Source: a virus
Taxonomy: Duplodnaviria > Heunggongvirae > Uroviricota > Caudoviricetes
Strand: one strand, 5' to 3'
DNA length: 64,000 nucleotides
Virus record (IMG/VR): IMGVR_UViG_3300042554_002438
Within the stretch, counting starts at the first letter, position 1. Every line of letters starts with the position of its first letter. Position numbers and translations under genes: made by a program. Positions 46,036 to 55,123 of this stretch are shown in pieces. The notes below the pieces were generated by a model that searched no databases, was not told the DNA's origin, and saw only the letters and a program-made list of their open reading frames with translations.

Positions 46036-46406
46036 GCGTTATTTTTGAATTTTGGTTTTAATGATTTTTTATCAATTTCCATTGTAAAATGGTATCGTAA
46101 TAAATCATCATCCGTATAATCACCTGACGATGAAAAATTTAAAGACTTAATGTCAAAACTAAAACCACCGATGATTTCACCAGTGGGGTCAAGGTATTCT
46201 AATTCAATTCTCGATAAATTAAATAAATCGGTTGGAATAATATGGTCATTAACTGTTTCATAACAAGATGTTTCAAACATTAATCTATCACCATCATTAT
46301 ATAGTTTATATTTTGAAAATAAGTAGGGGTGAATCTCAACACCAACCGTTTTAATTAACCAGCGATTTGTTTTTTTCGGTTCAATTGGGAATTTTTCGAT
46401 ATTCAT
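46023..46406 (-). CDS. hypothetical protein
   Basis: 127 aa ORF. Confidence 0.45.
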   Translation of the reverse strand: MNIEKFPIEPKKTNRWLIKTVGVEIHPYLFSKYKLYNDGDRLMFETSCYETVNDHIIPTDLFNLSRIELEYLDPTGEIIGGFSFDIKSLNFSSSGDYTDDDLLRYHFTMEIDKKSLKPKFKNNAKTE

Positions 46407-46427
46407 GATTAAATTTTATTTTTTTTA

Positions 46428-48080
46428 TTATAAACTGTAAATTCCAAAAGGCGTAATTAAATAATCAATGATTTTATTTTTTAAATGAGTCATAGCTTCT
46501 TCGGGACGATTTACTATTGGCTCGTTATGAACATTAAATGAAGTATTTACCAAACAACCAAAACCTGTTTGATTTTTATAAGATTTCAAAATATGATAAA
46601 ATAATGGATTTGAATTTTTAGTTACAATTTGAATACGTGCCGTTTTGTCCACAGGATGGACAACAGTTGGTAACTTATCTTTCCATTCATCTCGTGTTTC
46701 AAAACATAATGTCATAAACTCAGCGGCATATCTAGATTTATTCACTATAAACAATCGATTAGCATCCTCATCTATTACTGCTGGCGCAAAAGGCATAAAA
46801 TCGTTACGTTGTAACTTATCATTAATTAATTTATAAGTTTCGGGGTGAGTGGCGTCACAAATAATACTTCTATTACCTAAAGCTCTAGGGCCGTGTTCAA
46901 ATTTGCCCTGAAATAATCCTAATATTTTTTTATTAAGTAATAAAACAGTAATAAAATCTATATTAAAAGGAATATAATTATATGTTCCTAAAATATTTTT
47001 TGCCGCTTCATCTACGTGTTCTTTATCATACTCATTCCCAAAAAACACATTATTTAATCTAAAAGGTTTAAAATCAGGATGAAGTTGTTTAATCGTTCCT
47101 AAAACACACCCTAAAGCTAACCCCTCATCACCCATTGGGGGGGCTATAAATACTTCATCCACCCATTCTAGTTCATTAATTAATTTATTCATTTTTACAT
47201 TAGCAAAAATACCTCCAGCCATTGCCACTTTTTTAACATGAGGATATTTTTGATGTAAATTATTAAGTATTTTTAAGATTTTTTCCTCAAATACTTTCTG
47301 TCCAGTATAAGCAATGTTTTTAATAGTTTCATGATTCTTCCAATATCGAGAACCCATTGATTTAAAAAAGTTTTGATAAGTTTTTAAAAAAACATTTCCC
47401 CCAGCTAAATCACTATCATCAGAAAAAGGTGAAATTTCTGTTTGAAGACCATCAATTTTAATAACTTCGTTAAAAGCATCATATATTTCAGGTATTAGTC
47501 CTCCATGCCCAGCCATACCCACTACTTTACCTTCATCTTTTAATCTTTTAAATCCTATTAATTCTGTAATAGCGGCATAAAATAGTCCTAAAGAATCTCT
47601 ATTTAATAAAATCCCATCGATATACTCTAAATTACCATTTTTACCTAAATAATACTTAGCTGAATGATTTTCTCCTGAACCATCAATAGCCACAACTAAT
47701 GTATCTTCTTGAAAGTTAGATAAGTAATATGCTGTATTAATATGAGAATCGTGGTGTTCGATTTTAATATATTTTTCTTTTTCTAAATTAAAATTAATGG
47801 TCATTTTAAAAATATCTCTGATTATTTCGTAATCGTAAAAACTAGTGAAATAATTTACTTTTCCTAAATCTACATCATGTTTAACTATTAATTCAGTAAG
47901 AGAAGCTAAAGGATATCTAAAATAATTATTTTCAAAATCTTTATAAGGTTTAATCCTATTTAATCTTTCTTCCTCTAAGACTACTTTTAAATCGCCATTT
48001 TCAAAATAAGCTAACCCACAGCTGTGAGAACCACCAATAATTCCTAATATTCGATAGGAAGAATTTTCGTACAATTTCAT
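46428..48080 (-). CDS. carbamoyltransferase (NodU/CmcH family)
   Basis: 550 aa; YRILGIIGGSHSCGLAYFENGDLKVVLEEERLNRIK N-terminus typical of NodU/HypF-type carbamoyltransferases. Confidence 0.7.
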   Translation of the reverse strand: MKLYENSSYRILGIIGGSHSCGLAYFENGDLKVVLEEERLNRIKPYKDFENNYFRYPLASLTELIVKHDVDLGKVNYFTSFYDYEIIRDIFKMTINFNLEKEKYIKIEHHDSHINTAYYLSNFQEDTLVVAIDGSGENHSAKYYLGKNGNLEYIDGILLNRDSLGLFYAAITELIGFKRLKDEGKVVGMAGHGGLIPEIYDAFNEVIKIDGLQTEISPFSDDSDLAGGNVFLKTYQNFFKSMGSRYWKNHETIKNIAYTGQKVFEEKILKILNNLHQKYPHVKKVAMAGGIFANVKMNKLINELEWVDEVFIAPPMGDEGLALGCVLGTIKQLHPDFKPFRLNNVFFGNEYDKEHVDEAAKNILGTYNYIPFNIDFITVLLLNKKILGLFQGKFEHGPRALGNRSIICDATHPETYKLINDKLQRNDFMPFAPAVIDEDANRLFIVNKSRYAAEFMTLCFETRDEWKDKLPTVVHPVDKTARIQIVTKNSNPLFYHILKSYKNQTGFGCLVNTSFNVHNEPIVNRPEEAMTHLKNKIIDYLITPFGIYSL

Positions 48081-48082
48081 AA

Positions 48083-48763
48083 TTAATCTAATTCTTTTAT
48101 AATTTCTTTTTTATTAAAATCATATTTCCACCAAGAATTTTCACCAGGTGTAGAAATGTATGACACATGAGTCATGTGCGCTTTTTTTACACACATTTGT
48201 TTATATTTATTTTGGTTTGTAATTCTGTTAGACCATTGAGCGTCAGTTGACGCGAGATATTGGGTGATGCCTTGAATATCGTTAGCGGCAATAGTGTGAT
48301 AAGGGTGTTCTAACCAAATGTGTCTCCTAATTCCAGTAAAAAACCAACCAGTAAACGACACTTCAAATTCATCTGGTAGGGCATCCATTTCATATGTTTT
48401 AAAAAATTTATTATATTTTTCCATCAAAGGAAGTTGCCCTCCCTGACAATGTATCCATTGTTTGCCTTGAGAATGAATTGTTGCTAAATAACTATTTTGC
48501 CTAACACACGACCACCCTGTAACTATTTCGTGTCTATGTAACGCTTCTTCTAAATAGGCAAAATTTTCAGGACTAATAATAACATCATCAGAAACAATAA
48601 AATAATTATCATAATTTGTTTCTTCAATGAAGGAAGGAATATGTGTATTGAGTTCATATTCCCTAAACCCCTTAAACCAAACTTTAGGGACTTTTAATTT
48701 TGAGATGGCGTGTTTTATGATTTCTTCATCTCTAACACTCATTATCATTAAACAATTTTTCAT
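48083..48763 (-). CDS. hypothetical protein, possible glycosyltransferase
   Basis: 226 aa; position within the sugar-modification cluster; weak GT-A-like features. Confidence 0.35.
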   Translation of the reverse strand: MKNCLMIMSVRDEEIIKHAISKLKVPKVWFKGFREYELNTHIPSFIEETNYDNYFIVSDDVIISPENFAYLEEALHRHEIVTGWSCVRQNSYLATIHSQGKQWIHCQGGQLPLMEKYNKFFKTYEMDALPDEFEVSFTGWFFTGIRRHIWLEHPYHTIAANDIQGITQYLASTDAQWSNRITNQNKYKQMCVKKAHMTHVSYISTPGENSWWKYDFNKKEIIKELD

Positions 48764-49443
48764 AATTTATTCGAAAAAAATCCTAAAATATCTTCAATAA
48801 TTTCTAAAGAATTTTTATTAACAATTCCATCTGGGTTATAAAAATAATCGGGAACGCTCTCCGTACCAAATTTTCCCACATTATACCCAGCATAAAATTG
48901 ATTGAAATCACTACCCCAAGGTAAATAAGCTGTAACCCAATCATATTTTTTTGTTTCGTGCAGATAACCATTAATGATAGAAATGTTACAATTATGTTCT
49001 TTTCTAAATCTATCTATTACGCACATCCAAACGTGAAGCTCTTCTGGGTTTTCACTGTGTAACGTAAAATTAACTAATTTATATCTTAAATCTAGCTTGT
49101 CTTCAAGTAAGATCTCTCTAGTATGTGGATTAAGAATTTTAACCTCATAAGGGACAAATCCTTTATAAAACCACCTTAAATACGAATGATTTGGTATATT
49201 GGCGGCTTCCCAAAGAATTTTAAAATCTTCTGAATTTATTATTTCCTCTTCAATTGACTTTGAACCTGAGGCGTTGTAATTGTACTTTAATTTTTTTACA
49301 ACTTTGGTTTTTTCAATAGATATTTCTACACGAAATTCATTAAGTTTATTATCATCATCGTGTACATGAACACATAAACCATCTCGGTAATCTACCATAA
49401 ATCTATAATTCATATTTTTGTTTTTAAAATTTATTTTATCCAA
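48760..49443 (-). CDS. hypothetical protein
   Basis: 227 aa ORF. Confidence 0.45.
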   Translation of the reverse strand: MDKINFKNKNMNYRFMVDYRDGLCVHVHDDDNKLNEFRVEISIEKTKVVKKLKYNYNASGSKSIEEEIINSEDFKILWEAANIPNHSYLRWFYKGFVPYEVKILNPHTREILLEDKLDLRYKLVNFTLHSENPEELHVWMCVIDRFRKEHNCNISIINGYLHETKKYDWVTAYLPWGSDFNQFYAGYNVGKFGTESVPDYFYNPDGIVNKNSLEIIEDILGFFSNKL

Positions 49444-50161
49444 AGCAACTCATTGTGCTATAATTTTTCATTTCAAATATATAATTAACCCTAATATCCG
49501 AAGGATCCATTTCAATAGTCCTGTTCGTATTACAAGCCATGGCAATAGCGGACGTTGCTGTTAAATTACCTAAAAAATGGTCACAAGAAGCTATTGCTGT
49601 TGTCATATCTTTTAATAAAGGTAAATATAGCATAGGTATTTTATTAAAAAAAGGAGAAGTTGTATATTGTTCGATATATGAACAAACAAAGTAAGCTTTA
49701 TCTTTCCAATATTCAATGTAATTTAAATAATATTGAATAGTATCTAAATGCGGTAAAGGTTTAAAATTTCTATTTATTAATAATAAGTCTTTGAATGCGC
49801 TGTCTTTTTTAACCTCTAACCAAGAATAATTAAAAGGTATTTCAATGTTTGGGTTAATATAATTGCGGAGGTACAATTCATTCCACGATGCTGTGAACAA
49901 ATTTGGGTCGGTTCTAAATCTGGTGAGATCAATATCTATTTCTTGGTTCGCCCAAATTTCAAAGTTATTAACATAAGATTGATTTGATACTATGGGGGAT
50001 AATTCATTAAAACTATTTTCTACCCCCGAAGCAAATACTTCATGGTCGTGATTACAAATATATATGTTAAATTTTTCCCCTGTGGTTTCAAAAAGATATT
50101 TGGGTAAAATTAAAGCGTGAATAAAATCACCTAGTTTTCCACCAATTAATATATTTCTCAT
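49436..50161 (-). CDS. hypothetical protein
   Basis: 241 aa ORF. Confidence 0.45.
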   Translation of the reverse strand: MRNILIGGKLGDFIHALILPKYLFETTGEKFNIYICNHDHEVFASGVENSFNELSPIVSNQSYVNNFEIWANQEIDIDLTRFRTDPNLFTASWNELYLRNYINPNIEIPFNYSWLEVKKDSAFKDLLLINRNFKPLPHLDTIQYYLNYIEYWKDKAYFVCSYIEQYTTSPFFNKIPMLYLPLLKDMTTAIASCDHFLGNLTATSAIAMACNTNRTIEMDPSDIRVNYIFEMKNYSTMSCFG

Positions 50162-50412
50162 TTTTTACCGTACATTTTAGTTGCACCTTGTTTATATAAT
50201 TTTTGTTGTTTTCCAGTTGCCACCATTTCATTAATACTTTCATCAATTTCTTGTATTAAATCTGTTCGATATGTGTTAGCAACATTTGTAACTCGAGTAG
50301 CATCTGCTATTTGTTTATCGGAGGCATTGGGATCACGTTTAATGTCTTCGGCCATCCAAATACGAATATTAGCTATTGTAAGTTTGTCAATTAAATTTCC
50401 TATTGTTTCCAT
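50158..50412 (-). CDS. hypothetical protein
   Basis: 84 aa ORF. Confidence 0.4.
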   Translation of the reverse strand: METIGNLIDKLTIANIRIWMAEDIKRDPNASDKQIADATRVTNVANTYRTDLIQEIDESINEMVATGKQQKLYKQGATKMYGKK

Positions 50413-50415
50413 AGT

Positions 50416-51039
50416 TTATTTTTTAATGTAAATATAATTATATTCTACAGTTTTATCCAATTTATAACCAATTAAATCCATATAATCATTATAAGATTCT
50501 AAATATATATAATTTTCAAGTATAACAACTTTAGGATTATATTTAGTATGATTAAATCCTTTCATTACTTCTAATTCCCAGCCTTCTGTATCAATAATTA
50601 GAATATCTATTTCTTGTTCTAATTTAGCTTCTTCTAAAACTAAATCTAAAGTAGTAATATTAACATTAATATTCTGAATAAAACCAGGATCTCCTTCTTT
50701 ATCTATATATTCTTGTTTTATGTTAATTGATGAAAAAGATTCATAAGTTAAATCTCCATCTTCAGGATATCTCCATTTTGTTATTTGAAAGTTAGCGTTT
50801 TCTTCAATGTAATCAGCACAAGCATAAGGATATATTTCATTTCCTACTTTTTTATGAAATTCTACAAAATATGGGTTTGGTTCAACACTAATACATCTCC
50901 ATCCATCTTCCCTAAATATTTTTGAAAAACTAAGTATTTCAGGGTGTGCTGCTCCTACTTCAACTAATATTCCTTTAGATTTAAAAAATCTACTATATTG
51001 ATCTTTTACAATATCATCTATATCAAATTCAGCGTACAT
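50416..51039 (-). CDS. FkbM-family methyltransferase
   Basis: ...GILVEVGAAHPE... and FkbM-like length and arrangement. Confidence 0.5.
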   Translation of the reverse strand: MYAEFDIDDIVKDQYSRFFKSKGILVEVGAAHPEILSFSKIFREDGWRCISVEPNPYFVEFHKKVGNEIYPYACADYIEENANFQITKWRYPEDGDLTYESFSSINIKQEYIDKEGDPGFIQNINVNITTLDLVLEEAKLEQEIDILIIDTEGWELEVMKGFNHTKYNPKVVILENYIYLESYNDYMDLIGYKLDKTVEYNYIYIKK

Positions 51040-51040
51040 A

Positions 51041-52264
51041 TTATTTTCCTCCTATAATTTCAAAACGTGGGCAAGGTACAATAAATTGCCCACCATTATT
51101 TAAATAATCTTGTTCACGAGAAACAAACTCATTAATAAAATGCCAAGGTAATACTAACATATAATCTGGTGGTGACTGTCTCATTTCTTCTTCTGAAATA
51201 ATTGGAATGTTGGTTCCAATGGTTTTTAATCCAAATTTATAAGGACTGCGTTCAACCATAGCGGAGATTAAACTGCTATCTAAACCAAAATATTGAAGTA
51301 ATGTATTTCCTTTAGTAGAGGCGCCATAGCCATAAACTGTTTTTCCTTTAGCCACCTCTTCTTTAATAAACGCTACCGTTTGTTCTTTTAAAGCATCAAT
51401 ATCTTTCTGAAATTGTTCCCACACTTCAGGAGACTCGACATCAAATTTTTCTTCTAACGATAAGATAGATTCCATTCTAAATTGGCAAACATCTCTTAAA
51501 GGAGAAGTTCCAAATGAAGTGATGGGGGCGTTATCTTTTTGAACATAAACTCTAAAACTACCTCCGTTTACATCATTTAGTTCACAATCCACCACTTTTA
51601 AATTATGTTTAGCGAATAAATTTTTAATTGTTTTTAAAGAATAGTAATATCTATGCTCGTGGCATATATTATCAAACGCTAACTGTTTTACCATTAATGG
51701 TGTATAACTTAATTGAAGTACCCAAACACCATCATCCGCCAAAATTTCATTTATATCGTTAATAAATGGATGTGGGTCGGATAAATCATAAAACATAGCA
51801 ATAGTTGTAATTACTTTAGCTTTTTTATCACCATATCCTGTTTTTTGATAGGCGTCATAACTAAAATAATCTTGAATTACTGTGCCATATTTACTAGATT
51901 CATTATAAAAAGTATCATCACAAGGATCGATCCCTAATTTAATAAATTCGTTAGGAATTTGTCTCATCATCGTTCCATCATTACAGGCAATATCTAACCA
52001 CACATCATCTTTTTTATATTTAATTCTAGAACATATTTCATTAACAATATTACCAAGTTCTTTGGTCATAGTTGCGTTGATACCAGAACGATACCAATAT
52101 TTACCCCACATTGTTTCATTTGGGGCATCCTCAATTAATCTAACAGCTCCCGTCACCTCTTCTATTTGAAGGTCAAGACTGTATTTATTTTTACCATCAT
52201 AATCGGTATCTGATTTAATAAAATCAGAGACATAATGGGAACCAATTTCTAATATTTTTTTCAT
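51041..52264 (-). CDS. class I SAM-dependent methyltransferase (sugar C-methyltransferase-like)
   Basis: 407 aa; LDIACNDGTMMRQ SAM-binding motif followed by a C-methyltransferase-type C-terminal domain. Confidence 0.5.
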   Translation of the reverse strand: MKKILEIGSHYVSDFIKSDTDYDGKNKYSLDLQIEEVTGAVRLIEDAPNETMWGKYWYRSGINATMTKELGNIVNEICSRIKYKKDDVWLDIACNDGTMMRQIPNEFIKLGIDPCDDTFYNESSKYGTVIQDYFSYDAYQKTGYGDKKAKVITTIAMFYDLSDPHPFINDINEILADDGVWVLQLSYTPLMVKQLAFDNICHEHRYYYSLKTIKNLFAKHNLKVVDCELNDVNGGSFRVYVQKDNAPITSFGTSPLRDVCQFRMESILSLEEKFDVESPEVWEQFQKDIDALKEQTVAFIKEEVAKGKTVYGYGASTKGNTLLQYFGLDSSLISAMVERSPYKFGLKTIGTNIPIISEEEMRQSPPDYMLVLPWHFINEFVSREQDYLNNGGQFIVPCPRFEIIGGK

Positions 52265-52323
52265 TTTTTTTATAAATTTTGTATAACTTAAAATTAAGTT
52301 AAAATAATTGATAAGTAAAGTAT

Positions 52324-52791
52324 TTAATACAATTTTTTATATTTAATTATAGAATCACTACAAACACCATAACAACCAGAAACGTCATCGTTATTTAATT
52401 CTGGTAAAACCGCAACGCTTTTTTTAATTGGTTGTTTACCAGGGTAAGCCCAAATATAACCTTTACTTGTTATGGTCAGTGTATCATGTTCATGCCAAAA
52501 ATAATGTAGATATGCCCCTCTCGAGTCCAACTCATTAAATCTTTCAATTACAACTATATCTTTACAGTGTAACCATAATTTGCTGTGATGCTTCTCCAAC
52601 CAATCAATATCTAATTGGTATTGTGGTTGATCGTGACCCAAAAAAAGTTTGTTGTTATGTAATCTAACATCAATTTTACAATCAAATCCCAAATTGATTG
52701 CGTTTTCTATATATGAGGGGTTATTCTCATATTCCTTTTGTACGCCATCTAAATTACCTCTGTGGGATATAAGTTTCACAATTTTAACCAC
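52324..52791 (-). CDS. glycerophosphodiester phosphodiesterase (GDPD)-like protein, short
   Basis: LISHRGNLDG...NAINLGFDCKIDVRLHNNKLFLGHD matches the GDPD N-terminal HRG...E...D...HD motifs. Confidence 0.45.
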   Translation of the reverse strand: MVKIVKLISHRGNLDGVQKEYENNPSYIENAINLGFDCKIDVRLHNNKLFLGHDQPQYQLDIDWLEKHHSKLWLHCKDIVVIERFNELDSRGAYLHYFWHEHDTLTITSKGYIWAYPGKQPIKKSVAVLPELNNDDVSGCYGVCSDSIIKYKKLY

Positions 52792-52794
52792 ATT

Positions 52795-53247
52795 CTATTT
52801 TAGGGCCTCAAATTCCATTTCTTCTGGAGTTAATAAACCCTTATTATATTTCTGAACTCGATCGAAATACCTTTGTTTTACTTTACTAGATATTGGTATC
52901 GGGTTACCTTCTTCGTCAATTCTAACAAATTTAATATTTGTGTATGTCACAATTTCTTGTGTGCCCGTGTGAACATTGTGTTTTCTAACTTCAATATATA
53001 GGGATAACGATGTTTTACCAAACTCTAAAACTTTACCATAAATTTTAAGCAAATTATTAACCTTAACTGGTTTTTTAAAAACCAGTTGATCAATCATAAT
53101 AGTAACAACTCTTGGGGTATCACAAATCTGAGCGGCGTAAGCTGCTGATGCGTCATCTATTAATGACACCAAAGTACCCCCGAACATATTATCATGGACT
53201 CCAATGTCGCCTTTTTTACAGATATACGTTGTGATTAATTCCATGCG
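52795..53247 (-). CDS. hotdog-fold acyl-CoA thioesterase
   Basis: MELITTYICKKGDIGVHDNMFGGTLVSLIDDASAAYAA; start reassigned to the second Met because the longer ORF (to 53373) would run through the terminator and the tmRNA 3' end. Confidence 0.55.
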   Translation of the reverse strand, partial: RMELITTYICKKGDIGVHDNMFGGTLVSLIDDASAAYAAQICDTPRVVTIMIDQLVFKKPVKVNNLLKIYGKVLEFGKTSLSLYIEVRKHNVHTGTQEIVTYTNIKFVRIDEEGNPIPISSKVKQRYFDRVQKYNKGLLTPEEMEFEALK

Positions 53248-53280
53248 ACAATAGTAATAAAAAATGTGGATAAAACAAAT

Positions 53281-53310
53281 AAAAAAAGGGTAAAATATTT
53301 TACCCTTTTT
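53281..53310 (-). terminator. rho-independent terminator (bidirectional hairpin)
   Basis: A7-gggtaaaatattttaccc-T5. Confidence 0.6.
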
Positions 53311-53319
53311 AAATTTCTG

Positions 53320-53695
53320 TGGAGTCGGAGGGATTCGAACCCTCGTCTCGTTTAGCCATTCAATAATTCTCATTCACATGCTTAGTTCATTTTTCTAAAC
53401 AAACAAAATATTTGTCTTCACTAACCCAGAAGTTCAATAAAACTGGAATACCTTTTTTGGAGTTCCCACCTCCCACCTGGCATCTAAGGGTTTTTGCAGT
53501 TTTAACTGACAGTTGTTGGCTTACGCCAATTCGTAGTCTGCAAACTCAACTGGCTGACCGTTCAACACGATGTTGCCTTCAGCGTCAATGTAGCTTTCGC
53601 CATCTGAAATTGTGTATAGGTTATTTAAGTGTTTCCGATACTAACACCACATGCAAATTAAAGAACGAATCTACCGATCGATTCCAGTCGACCCC
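53320..53695 (-). ncRNA. ssrA: candidate tmRNA (ssrA)
   Basis: 376-nt RNA with a tRNA-Ala-like tRNA-like domain: 5' GGGGTCG pairs with 3' CGACTCC (G3-U70 wobble, A73); GAGGG-TTCGAAT-CCCTC T-arm; 5' GGGGTCGACTGGAATCGATCGG resembles the tmRNA consensus GGGGCUGAUUCUGGAUUCGACGGG; internal frame ...GCA GAC TAC GAA TTG GCG TAA; SmpB is encoded at 19344..19778. Confidence 0.55.
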
Positions 53696-53726
53696 ATATG
53701 TATAAATACCGTAATATTTTACTTTG

Positions 53727-53820
53727 TACCGAGGATGGGAGTCGAACCCACACGGCCTTTTGGGCCAAGGGATTTTAAGTCCCTCATGTCTACCATTCCA
53801 TCACCTCGGCATTACGATGA
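53727..53820 (-). tRNA. tRNA-Leu (TAA), class II
   Basis: GCCGAGG acceptor, AGGGA-CTTAAAA-TCCCT anticodon arm, long variable arm. Confidence 0.65.
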
Positions 53821-53861
53821 TTTACACCACAATATTACGAAATTATTTTTAAAAAACAAAA

Positions 53862-54434
53862 TTATTTTCTAAATAGAAACGCATTTTTTATTCCAGGTAT
53901 CATTGATTCAGAATAAAATGAAATATTTTCTTTTAAACCGTAATATGTTTTAAAATTAATCACGTTATCTTCATTATCTTTTTTTATTGAAAATAAAAAT
54001 GGTGCGTGTGTTTCAAATTCTTTTATTTCATATGTTAAATTATATTTTTTGATTAAATCGTTAACAGCGGTTACCGATCCAGTAAAATAATAATCAACAT
54101 CAAAACCTAATGATGTTATATCATAACCAATTATTACAAAATTTAAATTATCATCATTATTGAGATAATCAGCGTAAATTTTTATACCCACAATATTTTC
54201 ATGTTCATCTGTTTTAATCGCATATTGTTTAAATACTGGTTTATCTAATATATTAAACATAGCATTAATATCATGAACTCTACTTTGTAAGTCATCAATA
54301 TTGTCTATCAAATAATATTGGCTGTTAAGTTTTTCAGTTGTGGTTAAAAACTTAGCAAAGTTATTATCCCCAGTTGATGCCTTTACATCACCATTCAGAT
54401 CAATGTAAAAATCTTTGAAGTCTGTTATTTCCAT
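53862..54434 (-). CDS. hypothetical protein
   Basis: 190 aa ORF. Confidence 0.45.
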   Translation of the reverse strand: MEITDFKDFYIDLNGDVKASTGDNNFAKFLTTTEKLNSQYYLIDNIDDLQSRVHDINAMFNILDKPVFKQYAIKTDEHENIVGIKIYADYLNNDDNLNFVIIGYDITSLGFDVDYYFTGSVTAVNDLIKKYNLTYEIKEFETHAPFLFSIKKDNEDNVINFKTYYGLKENISFYSESMIPGIKNAFLFRK

Positions 54435-54472
54435 AAAACAAATATAAACAATTTTTTTTAAAAAACAAATGT

Positions 54473-54542
54473 TGTCGGGGGTGGATTCGAACCACCGTAA
54501 ACTCCTTCAAAGGGAGTTGTCCTGCCGCTAGACGACCCGACA
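54473..54542 (-). tRNA. tRNA-Gln (TTG)
   Basis: U1-A72 acceptor TGTCGGG/CCCGACA, ACTCC-CTTTGAA-GGAGT anticodon arm. Confidence 0.65.
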
Positions 54543-54548
54543 ATTTAG

Positions 54549-54634
54549 TACCTGGAGAGGGATTCGAACCCTCACGCCCCTTTCAGAGCACTGGATTTTA
54601 AGTCCAGCGTGACTACCAGTTCCACCATCCAGGC
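54549..54634 (-). tRNA. tRNA-Leu (TAA), class II (second copy)
   Basis: CTGGA-CTTAAAA-TCCAG anticodon arm, long variable arm. Confidence 0.6.
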
Positions 54635-54639
54635 ATTTG

Positions 54640-54720
54640 TACCCTCGGTCGGATTCGAACCGACACGCCTCGCGACACTGGTTTCTAAGACCAGCGGGTC
54701 TACCGTTCCCCCACGAGGGC
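54640..54720 (-). tRNA. tRNA-Leu (TAG), class II
   Basis: CTGGT-CTTAGAA-ACCAG anticodon arm, GTCGG-TTCGAAT-CCGAC T-arm. Confidence 0.65.
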
Positions 54721-54725
54721 ATTTG

Positions 54726-54798
54726 TGGCTTTAACAGGATTCGAACCCATACTTTATCGTCCGTAGCGATAAGTGCTATCCAGTTACACCATAAAGCC
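54726..54798 (-). tRNA. tRNA-Arg (ACG)
   Basis: GGCTTTA/TAAAGCC acceptor, TATCG-CTACGGA-CGATA anticodon arm. Confidence 0.7.
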
Positions 54799-54800
54799 AT

Positions 54801-54836
54801 AAAATAAAAAACCCTGAGTTGCTTAGCACCCCAGGG
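54801..54836 (-). terminator. rho-independent terminator (minus strand) between guaC and the tRNA array
   Basis: A-run then ccctgagttgcttagcaccccaggg hairpin (T-run on minus). Confidence 0.5.
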
Positions 54837-55070
54837 TTGATTTTTCATAGTTAAAATCTTTGTTTACATATGAACATAGCTTACCCCAGGCTCTTTTGTC
54901 AAGAGTTGTAATTGTAACTGGCGTTGTAAGCTTAGTGTTCTCATGTCTATATAAATATGTTCGTTTTTAAAAAAGTGCAACTATCGGACTAACCTTTACA
55001 AACTTTCCGAAGAAAGCTTTTGGGGTTGAACCAAATTTAACCAGAGTTAGTTGCTGAATTTAGTCCCAAT

Positions 55071-55117
55071 TGCGATACAAAGATAAGAAATGTTTTTTTA
55101 ATAAACAAGTATTTTTG
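55071..55117 (-). promoter_or_regulatory. promoter-like motif copy
   Basis: gcgatacaaagataagaaatgtttttttaataaacaagtatttttg. Confidence 0.4.
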
Positions 55118-55123
55118 AAAATT

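Noticed and set aside
52795-53373. Long form of the thioesterase ORF starting at 53373
   Set aside because: The N-terminal 42 codons would be translated through the terminator hairpin (53281..53310) and the 3' end of the candidate tmRNA; the start was reassigned to the second Met (53247).
54528-54848. 106-aa minus ORF spanning four tRNA genes
   Set aside because: Its sequence is the reverse complement of tRNA-Gln/Leu/Leu/Arg; an artefact of the ORF finder reading through structured RNA genes.
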